Numbered from the stretch's first letter, positions 13,961 through 25,285 are shown. The stretch: DNA of 37,192 nucleotides from Bigelowiella natans CCMP2755 (GCA_000320545.1 ADNK01003423.1:1-37192), one strand, 5' to 3'. Notes: a model not told the origin generated them from the letters alone. Numbers and translations: made by a program.

Positions 13961-14004
13961 CAGCGCCTCAACAAAAATCATTGCGAGGAAGCTAGCTGGA
14001 CAAC

Positions 14005-15810
14005 GAACAATGAACAATGAACAATGAATGAACAATGAACAATGAACAAAGCGTTGATCAAAAACTGCATGCGCCAGAACCACATGGGAGACAGGCATTT
14101 GCACGCAGCAGAGCCTCAACAACACTCGTTGCAAGGACTTGTCAGCACCCTGTTGGTGAAGAGACACAAAAAATCAGCTGCAACCCATCAGAGGCACACT
14201 CCAAGGCTGCGTGAAGGGATGAGAACACCATGGCCACTCATCTGAAATGCCGGAGACGGAACAAGGGATGAAATTGGCATGGATGCCGATTGATGGTGCC
14301 GTTGCAATGTGAATTGATTGGAACTGAAGCTGGCATCTTGGATGCCGAACAGCAGCAAAATTGTCAAGCAGGACAATGGTTCGACGGAAAGCCCTGTCGA
14401 TTTCTTTGTCAGTCGAAGGGACACCAGGTGTGGCCCCCAAAGCAAGGCAGAACTTGTCATGAGAAGACATGGCTGAGAAAGCACGCAACGTGCGACAACA
14501 TCATCATTGGCATCAGGTTGATGACGAGACACCAGGTGACGAATCCTGGTCCAAAAACGGTCTCTGATGTCGCACGTTCCTTGACAGGAGAACAAAAGGT
14601 GTTTCAGGGACACGTCTTCGTGAGGTTCGCACAAGGAGCACCAGCCCTCATGCTGCTCCAGTGCGAAGAATCTGGCAGTGTTGTGACGCCACCACAAGGC
14701 TCCACAACGAGCTTGGAATTTGAGGGACACACCACGGGCATCGTGCCATTCATCGAGGCACTTGGAGCAATGAAGATGGGCCTGTTTGCCCACTTCCCCA
14801 TGGCTCCAAGATTGCGACTTGGAAATCGGCTCCCATGAGCGAACCAAAAGACACCGAAGAGATTGCATTCTGCTCACCTGGGCACGCACCAAACGAGCAT
14901 CGCGAGAGGCAATTGAAGAGGCTTGAGAGTTCCATGCCGCAGCTCATTCCGTCATGGAATTGGAAGCCAGGAGGCTGGGAGGAGCACTTTGGAGAACCGA
15001 AAGGATCAGACGCTTGATGGAGCGAGCAGGAAGCAAGTCAAGTTGGAAGCAAGAACCCCACAAGGAACTGCAAAGACGCTCTGTGAAAGATGCACTCTTC
15101 AGGAAGAACCGCATTGTCAGAGTTTGGAGCCTTGAGGCCATTGATGGAAGACCCAATTCCAGTCGAATGGCCACAGCTGGAATGCGCACAGGCGCACGCA
15201 ATGCCCAGCGCATGGCTTCACTTTGAACCCCTTCAAGGAGGCGGAGCGAATGGGCCGGCAATGAAGGACTCCACACAGCTGCCGCACGCTCCACGAGCGG
15301 CCGCACCGTGGCCTTGTGAACGGTGATGAAAGCTCTGGGAGAGAGTTTTTCTCCGGCAGTTGAGCACATTCTTTTCATCGTGAAGAGGGCTCGACGGGCT
15401 TTGCGGGCATTGGAAGCAGCCTGTTCTTTCCAATCCAGAGAAGAATTGAAGATGACTCCCAAGCACGTGTGAGAGTCGGTCCTTTTTGGCCAGTGACCAT
15501 TGCAGCAGAACCTCAGCAATGACGTTCGACTGCGGTGAGGTGGTTGTGCACCGACGCACATCCACATCGTTTTTGGAGAAGGATTTGGTTTCAAACGCCA
15601 TTTTCTGAGGCAAGCATCCACCACCTGCAAAAGAATGCGGGTCTCAGCCGCCGAAGAGGCGAGTGGCACCATGTCATCAGCAAACAACAGAATGGCAACT
15701 CTCCCGAATGAAGTGGGCACCCCCAGATCCCGCCGACGTGACTCTGGGACCAAATCTTCCACAAACACACTGAAACACAAAGGCGATTCCACTGCCCCTT
15801 GAGGCAGTCC
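14005..15810 (-). mobile_element. 5'-truncated non-LTR (LINE) retrotransposon, hypermutated
   Basis: The RT frame begins abruptly at 15810 with GLPQGAVESPLCF, followed by LLFADD, HTCLGVIF (YxYLG-type), HKATVRPLVERAAAVWSP and a C-terminal zinc knuckle CSLC-x8-H-x4-C. A short tandem tail, (AACAATG)n on the + strand, lies at 14005-14047. Confidence 0.9.
14188..15810 (-). pseudogene. LINE ORF2 fragment (C-terminal RT, thumb, CCHC zinc knuckle) with one in-frame TGA
   Basis: ORFs 14944..15792 and 14188..14892 are in the same frame, separated by a single TGA at 14944-14946. Neither ORF contains a Tyr. The endonuclease and N-terminal RT are missing. Confidence 0.85.
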
Positions 15811-15828
15811 AACAAAGCGTTGATCAAA
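15811..15828. repeat. 18-bp direct repeat of 14045-14062 at the LINE 5' junction (TSD-like)
   Basis: AACAAAGCGTTGATCAAA is identical at 14045-14062 and 15811-15828; a 14-bp variant occurs at 13889-13902. Confidence 0.85.
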
Positions 15829-16372
15829 CAGCTGGCTGCTGCTGCCAATGCCCGTGCAACTTCATGATGCTGGCATTAGACGCTGTGAGTTTGTTCAATA
15901 ACAGGAGATCCTATGCCTGCGACAATGGTATTTCATTGTCGCAGTATCATAATAACAACAATAGTAGTGTGGTACTAACAGAGATCATGGGATCAAGAAA
16001 ATGTGTAAGGAGAGGAGGAGGAGGAGGAGGAGGAGGAGGAGGTGTAGAGATCTAGAGGATAACGAGGATGCCCGTGCGGTTCTATCACCATAAATCAGTG
16101 CGCGTGGTTATAGCCGCCTACTGAATGTAAGGAGCAAGGACTGGAAGGAGGACCTCGACAGACAGACAATAAGAATTGTAAGAAAATTTCAGACCAGATC
16201 AGAAGCACCGCCATTCGTGCTACTCGTACCAGTGACGACGACGATGACGACGACTGGTTGTATCAAGGGACTGCATGCTGTTGTCACCTACCTATACCTC
16301 TCATGTCATAGTATCATCGTGCGGAGAGGCTTTTACCATGCGGCCAAAATAAGTAGAAGACTAAATAATGGC

Positions 16373-16904
16373 ATGGGGTTGAGGAGGAAGATCAGGATAA
16401 TAGAACGGAGTCTTGCAATACTGATGACACTCATATTGCTCAACATTATTTTTGTTCTTGGAGGGGAAAAGCAATCCTTCCATCCTTCAATTCATGATAG
16501 CCGTGGGAAAAGCAGCCAAAAAGAAATCGCCTCAGATCATGCTTTTTGCGACGGGAGTCGTGATGTATGTGTGTTTGTAGGCCTGTGTTTTGTGTTATTC
16601 TTTGAAATTTCAAGTGAAAAATATTGAATGCCCATATCCCTGCTGCTGTCTGCTGATACTGCTACTATAACATCATTCACAATGCAGCTACCACCAAATT
16701 TTTGCTACCACTCTGTCTTCTTAGTGATATTATTCAATTGCCGCACCGTCGTTGCTGCTGCAGATGCTGCTGCTGCTGTACTATGAATGAATCATCATCG
16801 TTACTCCTCTCTTACTAACTTGATCTCATCGTTATCATCGTTGTTATCACGTTATGATCTCCTTCCTCGTCATCAATGCATATAATATATACACACACAC
16901 ACAC

Positions 16905-16946
<42 letters not shown>

Positions 16947-18902
16947 TCAGGTTGTGGTGGGTACTCGTTTTTGGGCTCAATCACCAAGAGACTTGGAGAG
17001 ATTGGACAATTTCATCAAAAATACTGAAAACGCAGTGGGAAGCCGATTATGTTCATTATTGATTACCATTAATGCGGACGAAGATAACGAGGATGCTGCA
17101 ACACTGCGTCACTTGCAGGATGTGAGTGCAATATCTAACCCTCTAGTTCAAGCATGGGAAATCAGGTGCTGAATGAATGGATGGCATACGAGTTGTGGTG
17201 ATGATGATGATGATGCCATTTTCTAAAGTGATGTAATCAACTTTGGAGTTATTGGGGACGGTCAAACAATATTATTAATATTAGAGACAATAAGAAAATA
17301 TTGAATATACTAAAACAAATACAATCATGTAGCACAGTAGATTTAACTCTAAAGATGACAATATAAATATAGGCCTTGGAGCATTACCACGCCTTTAAAC
17401 TCCATTCTTCACCACGCAAAAAAGTTAGGGTCAACGTTCGTTCTTTTTTTGTCCGTTGAGATTGAGCTGGATGCCGTACATTTTGCGGCTGTCATGAATG
17501 AGTTCTCCAATGTGAGTAGCAGAAGTAACAGCACCAGCAGCCGTAGAAGCATAACAACATCAGTAGCAGTACCAACAACAGCAACAACCATGGTTGCCGG
17601 TGTCGCATTGAGAGGACACAGAAACATGGAAAGACAACTCAGAGCATCATCATCATCATCATCATCATCATCACCGAGAAGAAGAAGAAAACCAACTTAC
17701 AACAAAGAAAAGAACAAAAATCCCAAAATTCCTACAAAGATCTGCGGCCACTGGGGCAACATAAAAACCACAACGACGACCGGTGAGAGAGGCCGCATGA
17801 GCAGTACTAGCATTCGATCAGAGATCGATGGGGACACCGTTCCATGGAATACATTTGCTGTGTGGCGTGTGAACATGCTGGCAACCTTAGGATTTCTCGA
17901 AGATGCAAATCTTCAGGTACGTTGTAGGTGAATGTATAGTAAGCATCTATGATGGTAGACTATGTACCTGCTGCTATACACAATAATACAGCAACAACGT
18001 TTCTTTTTTCCTTTACGACTCACAACTGAAGGAGTACTGCGACGACGATGACTACTACCAATACTACCACTACTACTACTACTACTACTATATTTCATTA
18101 TCGTTGCTTTGAGAAACAGAATAGAACAGCGCACGATGGAACATCATAATTCTTTCTTCTCCTTAGTATTATTATTCTCTAATGCCGTCCTTCTTCCTCC
18201 TTCCCCTCCTCCTACTACAACTACTCCCAATACCTATAAATAGGATCCTCCTGGAATGGAAGAGCCTGTTCCAATAGCTATTTTGCAAGAAAGATATGGA
18301 CAAAATCAGGCACAGGTAACGTTGATGTTGCTGCTCATGATAATGGATGGTGATTATTATTATTATTATTTTTATGGCCCTTAGAATTTGTCAACGTTTA
18401 TAATTATTGGGCATTTAGGAGATAATCGTTGCAAATACTAAGTTGATCCTCCTTGCCTTCTACTATATTCCCCGACTTACTCATTTAAAGGCGAAGCTTA
18501 TACATTTTTCTGAGGAATACAAACCGATGTGGAAAGTAAGGTTTGAATCAGATGAACGGCGGCTAAAGCAGGGTCGGTCGCTACTACTATCATTGTTAAA
18601 ATAATCACTAGCAGCTTCATTGATTATTGCTACTGCTACTGTGATTTTCTTGACCTAATATTTATCGTAGCAGTCACAAATCTGACCAACACTACTCTTT
18701 CCAACTATGTATCATCGCTGTCTTCTTTAATATCGTCGGCATGATGATATCATATCACTAGTGGAGATAATCATGAGTCATTTGTTGTCTCTACTCAGCC
18801 CGAAAGATGGCTAGTAAGAAGCTCCGGACGCAAAACCAGCTCCGGGAAGCTGGAAACAAGCAAGGCACGATAATCCACAAATTTGCTGAATGCATCGATT
18901 GA
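16373..18902 (+). CDS. Type II membrane protein of an uncharacterised conserved family (possibly glycosyltransferase-like)
   Basis: Spliced reading: MGLRRKIRIIERSLAILMTLILLNIIFVLGG (TM anchor)...|VVVGTRFW...|PWSITTPLNSIL...FLSVEIE...VAGVALRGH...GDTVPWNTFAVWR...LGFLEDANLQ|DPPGMEEPVPIAILQ...|AKLIHF...WKVRFESDERRLKQA|RKMASKKLRTQNQL...IIHKFAECID*, stop at 18900-18902. Splice phases of the last exons agree. The function is inference only. Confidence 0.75.
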
Positions 18903-19687
18903 CGTGTTCGTAGTGTCTAGCCATACATAACAATATCATTCTGTGCCGTATTGTATTACCTTCAAATTGCATTAACTTGAATTAAGCGCGAGTCGGCAGC
19001 ATGCTGATGCTATAAATTGATTGCAGCAAATGTGCTGCGTCTGCCGTCTAAATGTGTCGTGTCGTACAAATAGAATTTCGTTGTATCGTTTGTCATCAAT
19101 GCAAATGCAACATCAAACATCTTTGAATCATGCTCTGTGCGATGATGGCTGTGACATCAGTTTCCTATAGAAAGCCATCTCATGGAAGCCATGCATTGCA
19201 CGTAATGGTTAGAATCTATTTGTATCGTGCATTGTTTGACGCAGCGCATTTCTGTTTAGATGTCATACTACATGCTACTACCAGCAAACTAGCTAGTTAT
19301 ATGTCGCAGCACCATGGCCTGAGAATTGGCCATTATATGTTAACATTGAAGCAATTAAAATGCGTAGTAGGGCGCCCATAGCAATGGTAGAAGATACATG
19401 TCTAATCGCACATGATGTAATCTGCTAGTAATTAGCGGCAACAGTGCTATACTAACATGTTGTATCAGTTGTAATAAGGCAGACGACATGACCGACGTAT
19501 AGATCTCAGTTAGGAGCTTGCCCACTTTGCATGCTACATCCTGGATTAACTTATCTGGCGTCACCCGTCCAGCAATTTGCAGTCCATGCTTATTACATGC
19601 ACCGCACGACCACGACTACGTTCGGATGACCATGTTCAAAAAATATAATCATTATTTCATTACATCCGTCATACATGCTATGCATCA

Positions 19688-19732
<45 letters not shown>

Positions 19733-19994
19733 CGCTTGCCGCACACGCTTGTCATACCTCTAGCCTGCTGCCTGATGCATTTTGAGTTACATTGTCAACA
19801 AGGCATATGTTACAGCGAAGGATAGAAGGCTGCTGAGGCGCATTACAATAAACATTATGTGAACAACCGCAACATGCATCTGATTGTTTTCAATTACTGC
19901 ATGTTAAATGGAGAGATCCTGATGGTATCCTGCTCGTAGCACAGCACAATGTGCAGAGAACTAAGCAAAAGAAAACGTAATGCTTCTGCATTGC

Positions 19995-20336
19995 TTACTT
20001 CTGTAAGATTCTCAATGTTTGCTTGGAAATCTCCAGCTCTTGTTCAATGTCAACGGTTGTGTTTCTCATCTCCTTGTTTTTAAGGTTGCCAATGTAAGCT
20101 TCTACTTCATTCGTTGTAGATGTTAAGATTGCATCCGATTTCGCAAACAGGGAATCCTTTCTCTTCGTCATCTCCAGGTCCCATTTGAGAAACTTATCGT
20201 TTCTTCCAGCATTTTTCCATGCATTAGCAACTATTCGATAACTTTCCTAACACCAGCCAAGGTTTTTAGTGAGGGGATCATGATTTTGCAACATATCCCC
20301 ATGCCATTGCATCGTGTATGTATATAGTGTATTGAA

Positions 20337-20414
<78 letters not shown>

Positions 20415-21676
20415 CACATATACACATATATTATATTAAAACATTAAGCCGTTGTTCTGACCTCGTTTGGAGTGCAGTTGTGCTTCTGCATGAGAGAGAA
20501 GAGTTGTTCCGCCCGCTCACCGCTTTCCCCCTCCTCTTCACCTTCCAAATCGACGCAGCTATATATTGCTTTATTGTAAAAGTTAACGTCTAACATTATG
20601 CCTCTTTTGTGAGCTTCATTTAGCCAGTGCTCCGCCCTCCAAGTGTCATTCTCTTTGGCAGCAATCGTAACCAAGATTTGAAAGCTGGCACGATTCGGTG
20701 TGAGGCCCTGTCTAAGGAGGCGCCTTAGCCAAGCTTCAGCACAAGATTGGTTCCAACCTTTACCACCAGCACCGTGGGGAGCATACACGCATGCTAGCAT
20801 AACACAGTTGAAATCTGATACGTTAGGTTTGATTCCTCGTTTTTCCATTTCCATTAACATTTCTCCAGCGCTTTGCACATCTCCACTTACTGCGAATCCT
20901 GACAGTAACCCCTCCAATATTTCATATGATATCCACGAGGAAGAGGAGGAGGAGTAGGAGGAAGAGGAGGGGCCTTTTTCTTTTTCTTCTTCCCGGCTTA
21001 TGATAAGCTTTCTTTGCAAAAGCCTTTTTGCTTCATATGGCATGTTTGCCCTCACGTAAGATAAACAGACCTTCCCCAAGAGCTCATTTTCTGGAATAGC
21101 GATGATACTACGCCTATCATCATCACCATCATCATCGTCGATAACAGCAGCTGTAGCAGCAGCATACTGAAGCCACACTTCTGCACGGCGAGGTATAATT
21201 GCTTCGGCCCATGCGCTGCATACTAAGCAGGCAGCATCAAGCATATCAATGCTCTCAAAGCGAAGCGATGATGCTTTGCTTTTGCTGGTAGGCGTGGCCA
21301 CTGTTTTAAATGCTTTCTCATTACTACCCTCCCCCAGATATACCAAGGTCGTTACAAAGTATTCCAACGCCCTTGCGTATTCGTAAGATCCCTTTTCATA
21401 GTCTTCCCTGGGTTGCGTCTCAGCAATCTCCATCCACATTGTAACATTCTCTTCTTGCCCAAGCATCTTGAAGCACCGAATCACAGAGGAATAGCTTATC
21501 ATATCCGGCTTTCTTCCGCACCTTCTGATTTGATTGAACCACCTTAGAGACTCATTAATATCACCTTTTGAAGCTGCAGAGTCTAGCAACAAATTTAAGG
21601 TTTCCAAGTCAATTTGTGATAGATATTCCATAGTAGTTCCCACGTAGTCTCCTCCTCCTCGGAATGCTGTTGCTGT

Positions 21677-21709
<33 letters not shown>

Positions 21710-21897
21710 GCTATTATTATTATCTCCCTTTGATAACGGACTGCTACTTGTTCTCGGATGAGAAAGCCAACGCCACGCACGTTCTGGCTTGCCCGCAAGT
21801 GCACAGACTCGAAGCAGTGTGCGTAACGTTTTCAGATCGACACGGAGCCCATTGAATATTATAGCCTCAACCGTGCTTTCCGCCTAATGTAATATGG

Positions 21898-21934
<37 letters not shown>

Positions 21935-22932
21935 GTAAAATAATAAAGATGTGCGCACTCACTTCTTTGCGCCTGCACGATAGAGAGAATGAAAAGAAGA
22001 AAATATATTTAAGAGAGATAGAGAAAGGGAGGAAGAGAAAGAGAACGGGGGGTGGGGGGGGGAAAGAAGAATGCTAAAATTTGGTAGATATATAACGCAC
22101 CTCTATAGCGTCTCGAGCTGCTAGGCATGCTTCAAGGACAGAATGGTGTAACAGTTTCATTGTTTTAATGGGAAGCGTCTGGTTTAGTTGGCGGCATTTC
22201 CACATTGTGTACCGAGCTATTCGTTTTATATCGGCAAGCTTCGTTGCTGTTGGTGTAACGGGGTCGTCATTCATTCTTTTTGCTACTCAAGTGCCCAAAA
22301 AAATCAATACAAGAAGATAAACAAGATGTGAGAGATGCTACTATTGCTTCTTTCATTATTACTGGAAATTTTTAGGAGTTTGATCCTTCTCTCTTCCTTC
22401 CCCTCTCTACCCGCTACTCTTTTCATCCTCTATAAACACAATATGCATGTTTACGCACACAGTACTACTATTACATTCTAGATTCCTTCCGTCATCGATG
22501 ACTAAGTGTTTGTGAAGCAATTCAAAATCTTTATATCCTTCATTGCGACACCTATCGTTATAATGAGCACGAGGATATTAACATAATGAAATCTTAGCAG
22601 GAATCTTGATGATTGGCGTCGAGCAGTATAATAAACGTTTTGAAAGTAGGGAAGTACCTAGCGATCTTTGAGGGGGGCTCTCCTCCTAAGATGCTCTTAA
22701 TCTTAGTTGGTGAGCTATAGACGGAAGAGTTCCAATAGAGGTGTAGGAAGATAAGCAGGAGGAGGAGGAGGAGGAGGAAGACGCTGTTGCTCAAAGTAGG
22801 ACGTCGCTGCCGGATAAACCGCACACCAACAACCCTTTGTTCTTGTTGCCGATGATTATGCCAACAAATGATATGATTATTGCAAACCGGACAACAACTC
22901 CTTTTGCTTGAGGAGGAGGCCAATACATTCAT
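19995..22932 (-). CDS. Pentatricopeptide repeat (PPR) protein
   Basis: The large exon (~20462-21883) holds PPR units such as KPDMISYSSVIRCF, SYEILEGLLSGFAVSGDVQSAGEMLMEMEKRGIKPNVSDFNCVMLAC and DVNFYNKAIYSC...AEQLFSLMQKHNCTPNE. The last exon reads ESYRIVANAW...ILQK* (stop 19995-19997). Upstream exons lie at ~22101-22283, ~22476-22552 and ~22657-22932. The start codon is uncertain (22932 or 23136). Confidence 0.85.
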
Positions 22933-23327
22933 AGTTGCGCCCGTGCGCCTCCCATATAGTTTACATATCCAACTTCGGGGCGGGATGAGGGAATCCAAGG
23001 CACTTTTAAACACAGCATTTAGTGCTTTCAGGAGGAGGAGGAGGAGGCTGGAAGCAGACTTTCCGAAATTCAGGTTCAGTAAAAATACCCTACTACATCG
23101 AGAGCTTCTTTGACCAAGGTTTACTTCCAAAGACATCGATTATTTATTGTCTCATATGGATAAATAGAGGTGTTTTTCTTTTCCCACAAAGAATTACAGT
23201 GCCACCCTAAGATCTTAATCTGTGACACGTCGCCGTCTATTTCCGAAAGTGGAAGTGCTCCTGCTCCTCCTCCTCCTCCTCCTCGTCGTCCTCGAAGCAC
23301 CACCAAACGATTGCGATCGATCGAATA

Positions 23328-24580
23328 ATGGTGGAATTTCTCGACGCAGATGACCAGGAGCAAGAGATACGTCGATATGAAGAAAAAGTAGTCGGCAAAG
23401 AGGGTATTGATGCAGAAGGAATACAACACATGATTCATATCTATTCTTCAGGCTAAATGGAGGCAACGTTGCCTCGAGAACTCGTTAGTCGTTGGCGGGG
23501 GCTTCCTTTCCACTATTTTCCTATTCTATGCTGCTGGACAATTTAGAGAAATGTACCCTTCTTCTCCTCCTCCTCCGCCTTCCTTTCTTCTCTCAACTTC
23601 ATGTTCCACATGCTGTTAGTTACTAGCCCCCCCCTTCGCCCACTTCTTGTTCCATATGCTGCCCGCTACTTTATAACAAACTTTAATTCATCTAGAGGGG
23701 CAAAACGCTGCAACTTGACTTTTCCTATGCTTCTTTGTACTACATAATATTATTGTTTCATTAGGTATAGCGATGATGGCGATTTAGAGTTCAATCCTTC
23801 ACCATTTTATGGAAGAATCATTGGGTCCTTGGCATCTGCTTCGTCATTCATACTATCAACTCACATTACACGCACGAAGAGGTACTAATAAGCAGCGACA
23901 AAGGAAGAGGAGAAGGAGGAGGAGGAGGAGGAGGAGGAGGAGACAACAACGGGGGGTGGGGGAAGATCTCTTCTCCAAACACAATCTTCTGATAATATAT
24001 AACATTCATCCTGTAATACTGAGATAGATTAGAAATAATCTCTGTTCTTCCTCCACATGTGCTGCAAGTTACTACTGTGACGCCAGTGTCAATGTATGCA
24101 GACATGTTCAAGTGGGTGGCCTAGTTGCAGTTATCGCATCATCTTTGTGGATCATCATTTTCAACACACTATGGTATCGATCACTACTATTACGACTTTT
24201 CCGACAACGATAGAGATGACGATTTACGGTCATTGTCAAATGAAATCAATACGACGAAATGGTGATAATTTTGTAATGAGTATTTTTGTATTATTTCTAC
24301 AATATTAAGGACGGACGCCTTCTTCATATTCTACACGTTTCCTGTTGTGACAATATTATATTTCGCAATTTGCTACACCTCCCTAGATGTGTACAATATG
24401 GAACTGGTAACAACAATGTATGCTGCTTGTAAATGTGTCGTCTCTTTATTTCTTGTATCGTTTAAAACAGTTTACTTTTCAAAGCAGCATTCCAGAAAAT
24501 GTTACTTGACGTTATCGTGTTTATAATGGTAGGAATTTATGCTGTGGAGAGGGGCTAAGTATAATTATAAGCAGGCATAA
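23328..24580 (+). CDS. Small multi-pass transmembrane protein, uncharacterised (six short exons; absent from the ORF track)
   Basis: Phase-consistent exons give MVEFLDADDQEQEIRRYEEK|AKWRQRCLENSLVVGGGFLSTIFLFYAAGQFREM|YSDDGDLEFNPSPFYGRIIGSLASASSFILSTHITRTKR|HVQVGGLVAVIASSLWIIIFNTLW|TDAFFIFYTFPVVTILYFAICYTSLDVYNMEL|EFMLWRGAKYNYKQA*, with TAA at 24578-24580. Confidence 0.75.
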
Positions 24581-24753
24581 TCTTGCCACAGTTCAGCAAA
24601 TCCATGCAGAGTGTACACTTGGATAATTGTAAATAGTAACAACAAGCAAAACATTGTTATAAAGTGCTTACGATTGGCACAGCTTGTGAAATTCTCGATA
24701 ATAATCCACAAATTTTTGATGATGTACCTAGCTCCATAGCCAAGCTTAATGCC

Positions 24754-24823
<70 letters not shown>

Positions 24824-25245
24824 CATATGTGTGTGTGTGTGTGTGTGTAAGCATTATAAATATATGTAAATATGCAGACTATATCTTGGTATACGCTAAT
24901 TATCCAACGCTAGAACGCGCATCGCTAGCACGCACGTACAGCTACACTTCATTACCTCGTACATGCATGAGCTAGATGAGGCACATAGGCACATATGTAA
25001 ATAGAACGACCTGTCGAATCGTTTGATGCATGCCGATGGACAGTATTTATACAATATATAGTTTATTGCATGTCTATCATATGGCAACAGCGGCAGCAGA
25101 TGACACAACAATGCTAGAATAGTCATGCAGCGTCAACAATGCAAGATCACAATATATAGATAAAGCTGTGACATAGCCCTCCTGAGTTGTATTTATCTGG
25201 TTATCGCTGCACTAATATGCTGCGCTGGTCCTGATCGATGAATAC

Positions 25246-25285
<40 letters not shown>

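Noticed and set aside
14944-14946. In-frame TGA as programmed readthrough or recoding
   Set aside because: The element is 5'-truncated and heavily mutated, so a nonsense mutation is the simpler explanation. Host genes here use TGA as a stop.
13378-15848. Dense cluster of overlapping ORFs on both strands suggesting a compact operon or overlapping genes
   Set aside because: Loss of TpA removes all TAA and TAG stops in every frame, which inflates ORFs. Only the - strand RT frame has recognisable motifs.
13995-15877. CpG methylation decay or classical RIP as the cause of the CA/TG excess
   Set aside because: CpG is common in the element and TpA is absent, whereas RIP would increase TpA. The motif changes run from Tyr to His/Cys/Arg.
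22880-23113. + strand ORF containing LRGG (ubiquitin-like C-terminal motif)
   Set aside because: No ubiquitin-like sequence surrounds it, there is no ATG start or supporting splice chain, and it overlaps the PPR 5' region.
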